A stretch of 32,000 nt of DNA from Candidatus Electronema halotolerans (lineage in GTDB: Bacteria; Desulfobacterota; Desulfobulbia; Desulfobulbales; Desulfobulbaceae). The notes under the pieces are model-generated. The model was not told the origin of the DNA, did no database searches, and saw only the letters and a list, made by a program, of their open reading frames with translations. Position 1 is the stretch's first letter. Each line of letters starts with the position of its first letter. A program made the position numbers and the translations under genes. Positions 9,214 through 17,590 of this stretch are shown here, one piece after another. The DNA lies in assembly GCA_942493095.1 (NCBI GenBank), contig OW818675.1, positions 2,100,001 through 2,132,000 of the forward strand. Reading direction: 5' to 3'.

Positions 9214-10194
9214 ATGCCTCAGCCTGATCAGCAGAAGCAGCAGCGTTTTTTTTCCGGCCAGTCTCTGCTGACCGCGCTGCTCTTTCTCCTGCCCAGCGCA
9301 GCTCCCTCGTTGCTGGCATGGCTGATTCCGCTGCTGGCAGTGCCAGTCTTCCTGCTCTTGCAGGCAGTCGGCAATGATCGGCAAGCACTGCTGCTGCTGC
9401 GGAACGGACTGCTGACCGGCGGCGCAGGCGCGCTGCTGCTGGGCACAGAGGAAATTTATCTCTTTTCCCTGATTCAGCTGCCTTTGGCGTGGAGCCTGCG
9501 CCGCAGCGCAGCGCAAGGGAAATCACCGGCAGCAGCGGGCGGAGCAGGCTTGGCAATGCTGGGCCTGAGCTGGCTGGCCTTCTGGTTCTGCTACGGCATT
9601 CTCAGCAGCAGCAATCCCTACACCAGCCTGCTGGCAGAGCTGCAAGACGGGCTGACCCAGCTTGTCGAAGCCTATCGTACCGGCGGCTTGGAGATTTCCG
9701 CCGAGATGCTCTATAGTCTGGAGCTAACCACTGCGTGGCTGCGTCAGCGGCTGTCCGTGCTGCTGCCCGGCCTGCTGATCAGCGGCTTGGTGCTCACGGT
9801 CTGGCTGAACCTGCTGATCAGCAGCTGGCTGCTCGGCAAAGTGCGACCGGACAAGGCTCCGTGGCCGGAGTACCGCTGCTGGCGGCTGCCGGATCAGCTA
9901 ATATGGCTCCTGATTGCCGGGGCGGCTCTGGCTGCGGTCGGCACAGGCCATGCCCAGACCATCGGCTTCACCTTGGCCGCTGTGGCGGCTTTAGTCTATT
10001 TTTTTCAAGGCGCGGCAGTCTTCGCTCATCTGCTGCACCGCTGGAAGGTTCCGCCCTTGTGGCGTTTTTTTCTCTATTTCATCGTGGCGGCTCAAAGTTA
10101 CGGCGTGCTCCTGCTGACTGTGACCGGCGTGGCGGATATTTGGGCCGACTTCCGCAAACTGGCGCAGGACGAGCAGGACAGCAGCCAGTCCTGA
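9214..10194 (+). CDS. Multi-pass membrane protein, DUF2232-like
   Basis: 326 aa, strongly hydrophobic. The position between rpsR and rplI is typical for DUF2232 proteins. Confidence 0.65.
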   Translation: MPQPDQQKQQRFFSGQSLLTALLFLLPSAAPSLLAWLIPLLAVPVFLLLQAVGNDRQALLLLRNGLLTGGAGALLLGTEEIYLFSLIQLPLAWSLRRSAAQGKSPAAAGGAGLAMLGLSWLAFWFCYGILSSSNPYTSLLAELQDGLTQLVEAYRTGGLEISAEMLYSLELTTAWLRQRLSVLLPGLLISGLVLTVWLNLLISSWLLGKVRPDKAPWPEYRCWRLPDQLIWLLIAGAALAAVGTGHAQTIGFTLAAVAALVYFFQGAAVFAHLLHRWKVPPLWRFFLYFIVAAQSYGVLLLTVTGVADIWADFRKLAQDEQDSSQS

Positions 10195-10239
10195 ACAGTG
10201 CAGGCCGCGCCAACTCACAGATCGACGAGGAACAGGCAA

Positions 10240-10695
10240 ATGGAAATCATATTGCGTAAAACAATCGACACCTTGGGCCGTGAAGGCGAGGTGGTCAAAG
10301 TCAAGCCGGGCTATGCCCGCAACTATCTCATTCCCCAGCAGCTAGCCATGTCAGTGAACAAGGCCAGCTTGGCCCGGCTCCAGAAGGAGCAGGCCGCGAT
10401 TGCCAAGCGGCTGGCTGAGGAGAAGAAGAACGCTGAGGCCCTGTCGGCCAAATTAGCTGACAAAATCGTGGTCATCATGCGCAAGACCGGCAGTGAAGGC
10501 CGCCTTTTCGGCTCCGTCACCAGCACGGACATTGCCGCCCAGCTTGTCCGGCTCGGCGTGACAGTTGACCGCAAGGCCATCCTGCTCAAAGAGCCGATTA
10601 AAAGCATTGGCGAGACAACAGTCACGATCAAAGTCGGTTATCAGCTGACCTGCGAGATTCCGGTTCAGGTCATGTCGGAAACAGAAGAAGTCTGA
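10240..10695 (+). CDS. rplI: 50S ribosomal protein L9
   Basis: 'MEIILRKTIDTLGREGEVVKVKPGYARNYLIPQQLAMSVNK'. Start taken at the internal ATG (10240). Confidence 0.95.
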   Translation: MEIILRKTIDTLGREGEVVKVKPGYARNYLIPQQLAMSVNKASLARLQKEQAAIAKRLAEEKKNAEALSAKLADKIVVIMRKTGSEGRLFGSVTSTDIAAQLVRLGVTVDRKAILLKEPIKSIGETTVTIKVGYQLTCEIPVQVMSETEEV

Positions 10696-10799
10696 GCCGC
10701 ATCTGCTTTTGTTGTTCTGTTCAGGCTGCGGCGCACTGCCGCAGCCTTTCTTGCTTTGCCTGACTTGGACCGCCTGCAGTCAATCTCCACTTTTCCGGG

Positions 10800-13700
10800 G
10801 TGATGTCTCCGTTGTCCGACCATCTCATCCCTTTCCGCCGCCCCGGCCAGCCTGATCAGTCAGCTTCCGCCCAGTCCGTTGCAGGCCGTCTGCCGCCCCA
10901 GAATATTGAGGTTGAGCGGAGCCTGCTCGGCACCGTCATGCTTCAGGACAAGGCACTGCTCATGGTGGTGGAGCTGCTTGAGCCGGAAGATTTTTATCTT
11001 GATGCCCACAAGGTCATTTTCGCAGCCTTAGTCAGCCTCTTTGAGCGGCAGGACCCGAACGACCTGCTTTCTGTCACCAATCTCCTCAGAGACCAGAACC
11101 GGCTGGAACGGGCAGGCGGCAAAGCCTACCTGAACCAGCTCACCGACGTTATTCCCTTCACTGGCATGGTCGAGCATCATGCCAAGATCATCCGCCAGAA
11201 GGCCATGCTGCGGCGGCTGATTCAGAGCAGCAATGAGGTCGCGGCCCGCTGCTATGATGCCCAAGACGACATTGACACGCTGGTTGACCGGGCCGAGCAG
11301 ACCATTTTTGAGGTTGCCCAGTCCCGGAACAAGCAGGGCTTTGAGCCGATGGCCAAGATCGTGCCCAGAGCCTTTGACCGAGTGACTCGGCTGGCGGAAC
11401 GCAAGGAGCATGTCACTGGCGTGGCCACTGGGTATCATGAATTGGACCGGATGACCGCTGGCCTCCAGCCTGCCGACCTGATCATTCTTGCGGCCAGACC
11501 GAGCATGGGCAAAGCCCAGCCGCTTGATGCCCTTGTTCTGACTGCGACCGAAGGTTTCAAGCAGATGGGCGAACTCCGTCTGGGCGAGCAGCTGGCCTCA
11601 ATTGACGGCCAGCCCTCGCAGGTGCTGGGCATCTATCCGCAGGGCCGACGGCAGGTTTATCGCATCACCTTTGCTGACGGACGTTCCGCTGAATGCTGCG
11701 CCGAGCATCTCTGGCAGATTCATCACCGGCACTGGCCCGCGCCCCGCATTCTCAGCACAGCCAAATTGATGGAAATGCTGCAACGGCAGCGGTATCAGAA
11801 CCGGCTTTGGATCGAGACCTTCAGCGGCGACTTTGGCACGGATGATGCGCTGCCATTGGATAAGACCACTCTCGCTTCTGTAGTTGAAAAGGGATTCATT
11901 CCCGCCAGCTATTTTAACGCTTCCCGCCCGACGCGGCTGCGGCTCTTGGCAGGACTGATCGACACAGACGGCTGGGTGGAGAAATTTGGCGCAATCCGCT
12001 TCTGCACAGTCAGCAAACAATTGGCCGAGGATATGGTCGCGCTGGTCCGCTCGCTTGGCGGCATAGCCAACTTTTCTGCAAAAGAGCAGCGGACTGGTCA
12101 GACCGCCTATACCTGCAATCTGCAAATTCCTGATGCGGCATCCTTGGCTCTGCTGCCGGAAAAGCAGGCGCGGATTAAACCACGAGAGCGGCAACGGCGG
12201 CTGAATCTGCGCAGCATTGTGCCGAGCCGAGTGGTTGAAACGCAGTGCATTGCGGTCAGCCATCCGGCCCAGCTCTACATGACTGATCAGTATGTGGTCA
12301 CGCACAACACCGCGCTGGCTTTGAACATTGTCCAACATGCGGCAATGGAAAACAAAGTGCCGACCGCCGTGTTCAGTTTGGAGATGTCGGCGGAACAGCT
12401 TGCTCTGCGGATGCTCTGCTCCTTTGGCAAGGTGGATTCGCAGCGTATCCGCACAGGCCGTCTCATGGACGAAGACTGGCCCAAGCTGACCAGAGCCACG
12501 GGAATGCTCACCAGTCTGCCTGTTCATATTGACGACACCCCTGGTCTGACTGTGCTGGAGATGCGGGCCAAGGCCCGACGGCTCAAGGCCGAACACGATC
12601 TGGGCTTGGTGGTGGTTGATTATCTTCAGCTCATGCAGGGGCATTCGAGGAGCGAAAATCGCAACCAGGAAATCAGCGATATTTCCCGTTCACTCAAGGC
12701 AATGGCCAAGGAGCTGGATGTGCCAGTGCTGGCCCTGTCCCAGCTCAACCGGAGCTTGGAAAGCCGCACCGACAAGCGGCCTATGATGTCGGATTTGCGG
12801 GAATGCGTGACTGGCGACACTTTGGTCATGCTGGCTGATGGCCGCCGTCTTTCTGTCCGCGAGTTGGTTGGACAGACACCATCTGTCATTTCCGTAAATG
12901 AAACAGGCAAAATCGAACCTGCCGCTGCGGAAATGATTTGGTCGGGAGGCAAAAAAGAGATTGTGCAGGTGCAACTCGCCAGCGGACGCAGTTTGCGCTG
13001 CTCCAAAGAACACCGTCTGCGCGGTCTTTATGGCTGGAAACATGCAGTTGATCTCCAACCCGGCGACCGAATCGCCCTTGCCCGGCATCTGCCGGAACCA
13101 GTGCAGCCAGTTTCTTGGCCGGAACACGAAATTATCCTGCTGGCGCATTTGATCGGCGACGGCAGTTACGTCAAGCATCAGCCGCTCCGCTACACTACTG
13201 CCAGCGAGGAAAACAGTATAGCAGTCACTGAAGCAGCGCAGGCGTTTGGTTCTATAGTCAAGCGGCAGCCGGGCAGAGGAAACTGGCATCAGCTTGTAAT
13301 CAGCGGCAACGGCAACCGCTGGCACCCGGCAGGAGTCGGCAAGTGGCTCAAGGATTTGGGCATCTTTGGTCAGCGTTCGCATGAAAAACATCTGCCCGCA
13401 GGCGTGTTTCAGTTGCCTAATGAGCAGCTTGCCCTCTTTCTTCGCCATCTTTGGGCCACAGACGGCAGCATCAATATTGGCAAAAAAGGAAGATTACATA
13501 TTGCTTTTTCTACCGCCAGTAAATTGCTCATTCATAATGTCACTGCATTGCTTCTTCGTTTTGGCATTGTCGCCCGTATTAAGCACATAACCACAGCAGT
13601 AAGTCCAAGAGGCTGGTTCATTGCTGACATTTCCGGGGTAGAACAGCAGCGCATCTTTCTTGGCGAGATTGGCGCATTCGGTCCACGGCAGGAGCCTGCG

Positions 13701-14282
13701 GAAAAGGCGGCGACCGTGCTGGAAAACGTTGTCAGCAACACGAATGTGGACACGCTGCCGAAGGAAGTTCGTGAGCAAATTCGGGCAGCCATGCGTGTTC
13801 ATGGTCTAAGCAATCGTGATGTGGCCTCAAAGCTAGGGCGATTTTTTAGTGCAACTAACAATCTTGCAAAAGCTCCTTCACGAAGTTTTGTGGCTGAAAT
13901 TGCGGCAATCATCGGCGATGAAGCATTGTTAAATATGGCGACAAACGATATTTTCTGGGACACCGTCAAGGCTGTCGAACCCGCAGGAGAAGAGGAAGTC
14001 TTTGATCTCACCGTGCCGGGCAATGCCTGTTGGCTGGCGGACGGCATTGTCAGTCATAACAGTGGAGCGCTGGAACAAGATGCTGATGTTATTATGTTTA
14101 TTTACAGAGACGAGGTCTATAACAAATCCCCGGACAACCCCAACAAGGGCCTTGCCGAAGTGATCATCGGCAAGCAGCGCAACGGCCCGACCGGCGTGGT
14201 CAATCTGACCTTTATCGGCGAATACACCATGTTTGATAACTTGAGCAACAGGACTGAACCGTCTGGGCCTTCCTTTGGCTGA
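10800..14282 (+). CDS. dnaB: Replicative DNA helicase DnaB containing two inteins (GTG start at 10800 or ATG at 10803)
   Basis: DnaB N-domain 'PPQNIEVERSLLGTVML', Walker A 'ARPSMGK^T', 'VFSLEMSAEQLALRML', 'LGLVVVDYLQLM', 'LALSQLNRSLE', 'MMSDLRE^SGALEQDADVIMFIYRDEVY'. Host homology is interrupted twice by in-frame inteins. Confidence 0.97.
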   Translation: MMSPLSDHLIPFRRPGQPDQSASAQSVAGRLPPQNIEVERSLLGTVMLQDKALLMVVELLEPEDFYLDAHKVIFAALVSLFERQDPNDLLSVTNLLRDQNRLERAGGKAYLNQLTDVIPFTGMVEHHAKIIRQKAMLRRLIQSSNEVAARCYDAQDDIDTLVDRAEQTIFEVAQSRNKQGFEPMAKIVPRAFDRVTRLAERKEHVTGVATGYHELDRMTAGLQPADLIILAARPSMGKAQPLDALVLTATEGFKQMGELRLGEQLASIDGQPSQVLGIYPQGRRQVYRITFADGRSAECCAEHLWQIHHRHWPAPRILSTAKLMEMLQRQRYQNRLWIETFSGDFGTDDALPLDKTTLASVVEKGFIPASYFNASRPTRLRLLAGLIDTDGWVEKFGAIRFCTVSKQLAEDMVALVRSLGGIANFSAKEQRTGQTAYTCNLQIPDAASLALLPEKQARIKPRERQRRLNLRSIVPSRVVETQCIAVSHPAQLYMTDQYVVTHNTALALNIVQHAAMENKVPTAVFSLEMSAEQLALRMLCSFGKVDSQRIRTGRLMDEDWPKLTRATGMLTSLPVHIDDTPGLTVLEMRAKARRLKAEHDLGLVVVDYLQLMQGHSRSENRNQEISDISRSLKAMAKELDVPVLALSQLNRSLESRTDKRPMMSDLRECVTGDTLVMLADGRRLSVRELVGQTPSVISVNETGKIEPAAAEMIWSGGKKEIVQVQLASGRSLRCSKEHRLRGLYGWKHAVDLQPGDRIALARHLPEPVQPVSWPEHEIILLAHLIGDGSYVKHQPLRYTTASEENSIAVTEAAQAFGSIVKRQPGRGNWHQLVISGNGNRWHPAGVGKWLKDLGIFGQRSHEKHLPAGVFQLPNEQLALFLRHLWATDGSINIGKKGRLHIAFSTASKLLIHNVTALLLRFGIVARIKHITTAVSPRGWFIADISGVEQQRIFLGEIGAFGPRQEPAEKAATVLENVVSNTNVDTLPKEVREQIRAAMRVHGLSNRDVASKLGRFFSATNNLAKAPSRSFVAEIAAIIGDEALLNMATNDIFWDTVKAVEPAGEEEVFDLTVPGNACWLADGIVSHNSGALEQDADVIMFIYRDEVYNKSPDNPNKGLAEVIIGKQRNGPTGVVNLTFIGEYTMFDNLSNRTEPSGPSFG
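11514..12308 (+). mobile_element. Intein 1 (265 aa) in the DnaB Walker A loop; class 3-like, with one LAGLIDADG-like motif
   Basis: Host ...ARPSMGK^A(1)QPLDALVLTATEG...YVVTHN^TALALN... The Ala1 has no N-terminal nucleophile. Block B is 'SAECCAEHLW' (Trp), block F is 'VETQCIAVSHPAQLYMTD' (Cys), block G is 'VVTHN' (Thr before HN). 'LLAGLIDTDGWV' is the HEN motif. Confidence 0.93.
12804..14060 (+). mobile_element. Intein 2 (419 aa) in DnaB between DLRE and SG; Cys1 intein with LAGLIDADG homing endonuclease
   Basis: Starts 'CVTGDTLVMLADGRRLSVREL'; block B 'GRSLRCSKEHRL'; HEN motifs 'LLAHLIGDGSYV' and 'LFLRHLWATDGSI'; block F/G 'VFDLTVPGNACWLADGIVSHN' followed by Ser+1. Confidence 0.95.
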
Positions 14283-14389
14283 AAGATGCTTTATTGAGCA
14301 CAACCATAGATAGCTGGTTCAGGTTGCATGGTTATCAAGAAAACTTTACACTTGACTTGTCTATTCTTTCCATTCCTTCTCTTCCCTTA

Positions 14390-16150
14390 ATGCAAAAAAA
14401 TTCCATGCAGAAAAATACCATCCGCCTGCGCAGCTGCCCTAAGCAATATACCTACGACCAAGACAAAGCTTGCACACCGGTGCAGACTGTGGCCCGTTTT
14501 CAGGAACGGCTCAAGGCCGTTGACCTTGACATTCTCAAGGAAGTGCGGCGGATTGACACCGGACGCTTGGACATCCCAGTCTTTTTCAGCGTCTGCGGCG
14601 CGGACGCGGCCAGAATCATTGGCACGAAAAAACAGATGGGCAAAGGTTCCACGCCGGAGCAGTCCAAAGCCAGCGCCTGCATGGAGCTGGCTGAACGCTT
14701 CAGCTTTTTTGCCTTTTTCAAGAACCCGGACAACTTTCTCATTGGTGATTACGCTGCCATGCGGGCTGCCGGGCATCCTGTCCTGCCGCTCACCGAACTG
14801 CTCCGCTCAGTCCATGATGTGACCCGCAGCCCGGACCTGCTGGAACGGCTCTTGGCCGGACTGCCCCTGCGCTGGACATGGGCGCGGAATCTCAGCCGCG
14901 ATGAGGACGTGCTGGTGCCGTTTTCGTGGTTTTATGCGGTCAACGAGTTCAACGGCCCCTGCGCAGGCAACAGCATGGAGGAGGCGCTGCTGCAAGGCAT
15001 CTCCGAGGTGGTGGAGCGGCATGTCTGCGCCGTGATTGCGCAGGAGAAACGACCTGTTCCGGCGATTGACCTCAGCAGAGTCAGCGATCCGGTGGCCCGC
15101 GCTTTGATCGACAAGTTCGAGCGCAACGGCATCAGGCTGCATTGCAGTGATTTCTCGCTCGACACCGGCATTCCCACCATTGGCGCATTGGCTTGGGATC
15201 CGGCCACATTCCCAGAAAAAAGCGAGCTGGTATATACCGCAGGCACGACACCAGGGCCGACCAAAGCCCTGATCCGCGCCCTGACCGAGGTGGCTCAATT
15301 GGCTGGTGATTTTGAGACTGGTTCAAACTACGTGGCCTCTGGCCTGCCCAAACCGCTCAGTTTGGAAGATGTCGCGTATCTGATCAATCCCGGCCAAACT
15401 GTCGCTCTCAGCGAGCTGCCTGATCTCAGTGCGGACGACATGCTTGATGAGCTGGGCAACTGTTTGGCAGCCCTGCGCAACAATGATTTTGAGGTGCTGG
15501 CAGTCAACACCATGCACCCGCAGCTGCAAATTCCGGCAGCTTATACGATTATTCCCGGTGCCCATTTCCGCGAGCGGGCCGCGTCCGGCGATGCCGCCCT
15601 GTTTGCCGCCAAATTAGCTGCCGAACTGCTCGCTCCAGCAGCCTTGGAAAAAAAGCTGGCCGCGATGCGGGAAGAACTGCCAGATGCCTATTACTTGGAG
15701 TTTTACCGGGGCCGCAACTTGTATGATCAAGGTTTGAGTGAGGCGGCCTTGCCCTGCTTTGAGAAAGCCTTGGCCTTGGAGCCGCAGGAGGAGGACAGGC
15801 CCTATCTGTATTCCTATCTCGGTGCCTGCCTGCGTGATTCAGGCCGCTTTGAAGAGGCGGTGCCAGTGCTGGAAAAAGGTTTGGAGTGCGACGAGGAACG
15901 GCCTGATTTGCATAACATGCTGGGAGTCTGCCATTACAAGGCCAGCCGCTTTGAACAGGCGGTGCATCATTTTCAGCGGGCTGTGCAGCTCAATCCGGTC
16001 TCAGCCATTGATTACGCCAACTTGGCTTTGAACTTGCAGCGGTTGGGCCGGAACGAGGAGGCGATTGCCAATTATCAGATTGCCTTGAGCCAAAATGCGG
16101 ACATCGCCTTTGCTGCGGAAAATCTGGCCATGCTGCTGGAGAAAGGTTGA
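14390..16150 (+). CDS. YcaO-domain protein with C-terminal TPR repeats
   Basis: YcaO-like 'STPEQSKASACMELAERFSFF' and 'CAGNSMEEALLQGISEVVERHVCAVI'. C-terminal TPRs include 'EEAVPVLEKGLECDEERPDLHNMLGVCHYKASRFEQAVHHFQRAVQLNPVSAIDYANLALNLQRLGRNEEAIANYQIAL'. ORF opens at 14294 (TTG). Start could be 14390 or 14405. Confidence 0.8.
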   Translation: MQKNSMQKNTIRLRSCPKQYTYDQDKACTPVQTVARFQERLKAVDLDILKEVRRIDTGRLDIPVFFSVCGADAARIIGTKKQMGKGSTPEQSKASACMELAERFSFFAFFKNPDNFLIGDYAAMRAAGHPVLPLTELLRSVHDVTRSPDLLERLLAGLPLRWTWARNLSRDEDVLVPFSWFYAVNEFNGPCAGNSMEEALLQGISEVVERHVCAVIAQEKRPVPAIDLSRVSDPVARALIDKFERNGIRLHCSDFSLDTGIPTIGALAWDPATFPEKSELVYTAGTTPGPTKALIRALTEVAQLAGDFETGSNYVASGLPKPLSLEDVAYLINPGQTVALSELPDLSADDMLDELGNCLAALRNNDFEVLAVNTMHPQLQIPAAYTIIPGAHFRERAASGDAALFAAKLAAELLAPAALEKKLAAMREELPDAYYLEFYRGRNLYDQGLSEAALPCFEKALALEPQEEDRPYLYSYLGACLRDSGRFEEAVPVLEKGLECDEERPDLHNMLGVCHYKASRFEQAVHHFQRAVQLNPVSAIDYANLALNLQRLGRNEEAIANYQIALSQNADIAFAAENLAMLLEKG

Positions 16151-16151
16151 T

Positions 16152-17447
16152 TCACTCGCTGTAGGAGGTTTTGTTTAGCCAGCGCAGATAGAGCATCCAG
16201 CCGCTGCCGGGGATAATGAAGAGCAGGGCCAGAACCAGCAAGATATTGCGGGGATTTGCGCCCATGTCCATTGCCAAGCCAGTCAGCCAGGTGGAGAGAC
16301 TGAGCACCAAGGTGAGCATGGCCATTTCTGCGGAAAAGACCCGGCCCCGGAAGCGGTCCTCAACGCTGCGGTGAATCAGGGTGGTGCTGAAAATCCACTG
16401 CACTGAGCCGCCGACATGGCCCCAGCAGACCCAGAAGGCGGCCCAGAACATGTTTGGGGACTGACTGAAGAAAATGTAGGCGGCGGACGAAAAGAAGAAT
16501 GCCCAGCCGATCAGCCGCCGCATGGCTGCGGTGCTTTCGCCAAAGAGCCGCCAAGCCAAGATCGGGCCAATGGCCGCGCCCAAGCCGCGCATGGAGAAGA
16601 GAATGCCGCTCATGCTGCCGTGCCCTGATGACGCTGAGGCGAAAACCTGCTCGCCAAAGATAGCCAGCATGACCAGAATGCCGCCGGACAAGGCCCAGCC
16701 GCTCTTGATCAGAAGCAGGACAGCAATGTTGGGCTGGGTCAGCACATAGGAGAAGCCTTCCTTCAGATCATTCCAGCCGCTGATCCTGGCCCAGGAAAAG
16801 ACTGTTTCCGGCTTTCGTTTTCTGGCAGGCAGAAAGACCGAATACATGAAGGCTGCGGAAAGAAGAAAGCTGAAGCTGTCGCCAAGAATGGCGGCCTGCC
16901 AGCCCAGATGGGCAGTGAAAAAACCGCCCAAGGCCGCGCCTGCGGCCAGCATCACTGACCAGGACGCGCCAGACAGGCCGTTGACAATGCTCAGTTCCTC
17001 TTTGCTGCACAGATTGGGAATCGAAGCCTGCCGGGCCGGATTCGCAAAAGCCCAGACTGTTTCTTGAGAAAAGGCGAGCAGATAGATCAGCCAGACTTGG
17101 GATGGCTCCCGAATCAGCAGATAGCCCAGGACCATGACTGCCCGGAGCAGATCGCAGCCAAGGAGAATGGCCTTGCGGCTGTAGCGGTCAGCAATAACAC
17201 CGGCTGCCGGGCCGAAAATGGCCGGGGCCAAATGCTTGGCAATCAGAAACCAGCTCACTGCCTGGCCAGAGCCGGTCAGCTCGCTGAGAAGAACAAAGAT
17301 GGCAATGTAGTTGAACCAGTCGCCGATCTGACTGATGCAGCTCCCTATCCAGTAGCGGCGATAATTGGCGTTGCAGCGCAGCAGGCTGATGTATGAGGAA
17401 AGATGGCCTGCGGTGTAGGTTCTGTTAGATGTTTTTTTTGTATCCAT
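16152..17447 (-). CDS. MFS-family transporter
   Basis: 'NANYRRYWIGSCISQIGDWFNYIAIFVLLSELTGSG...GPAAGVIADRYSRKAILLGCDLLRA' with many TM segments. Start taken at MDTKKTSN. Confidence 0.85.
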   Translation of the reverse strand: MDTKKTSNRTYTAGHLSSYISLLRCNANYRRYWIGSCISQIGDWFNYIAIFVLLSELTGSGQAVSWFLIAKHLAPAIFGPAAGVIADRYSRKAILLGCDLLRAVMVLGYLLIREPSQVWLIYLLAFSQETVWAFANPARQASIPNLCSKEELSIVNGLSGASWSVMLAAGAALGGFFTAHLGWQAAILGDSFSFLLSAAFMYSVFLPARKRKPETVFSWARISGWNDLKEGFSYVLTQPNIAVLLLIKSGWALSGGILVMLAIFGEQVFASASSGHGSMSGILFSMRGLGAAIGPILAWRLFGESTAAMRRLIGWAFFFSSAAYIFFSQSPNMFWAAFWVCWGHVGGSVQWIFSTTLIHRSVEDRFRGRVFSAEMAMLTLVLSLSTWLTGLAMDMGANPRNILLVLALLFIIPGSGWMLYLRWLNKTSYSE

Positions 17448-17590
17448 TACTGCCAAGACAAGCACAAAGATAAAAAAAGACCTGCTTGCTGCTGCTTCTC
17501 AACATGCAGCGAAAGCAGGTCAGCAGCACCCGTTGGCGGCAGGCGGCAACGGGTGCCGTTCAAAACACTGTGTGCTTGTTATACAACCTC

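Noticed and set aside
8554-9516. 320-aa minus-strand ORF across rpsF-rpsR
   Set aside because: It overlaps two unmistakable ribosomal protein genes. Its Gln-rich translation is typical of a shadow ORF in GC-rich DNA.
11598-13448. Long minus-strand ORFs (348 aa and 252 aa) opposite the dnaB/intein coding region
   Set aside because: They are antisense shadows of a high-confidence coding sequence. Their translations resemble no protein family and they have no supporting context.
14294-14389. TTG start at 14294 for the YcaO protein
   Set aside because: It lies only 12 nt past the dnaB stop, and the added N-terminus has no recognisable homology. The downstream ATGs at 14390 or 14405 seem more plausible, though this is unresolved.
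14294-16150. RiPP/azole-containing peptide cluster centred on the YcaO gene
   Set aside because: No short precursor peptide, dehydrogenase or leader-binding partner is visible nearby. The MFS gene alone is insufficient evidence.
17431-17447. A8 homopolymer at codons 3-5 of the MFS gene as a phase-variable tract
   Set aside because: Eight A's just after a start codon are common by chance, and I have no evidence of length variation.
17526-17556. 10-bp inverted repeat GCACCCGTTG/CAACGGGTGC as terminator of the protease gene
   Set aside because: It has no T-run on either strand. It could be a structural element, but I could not support a function.
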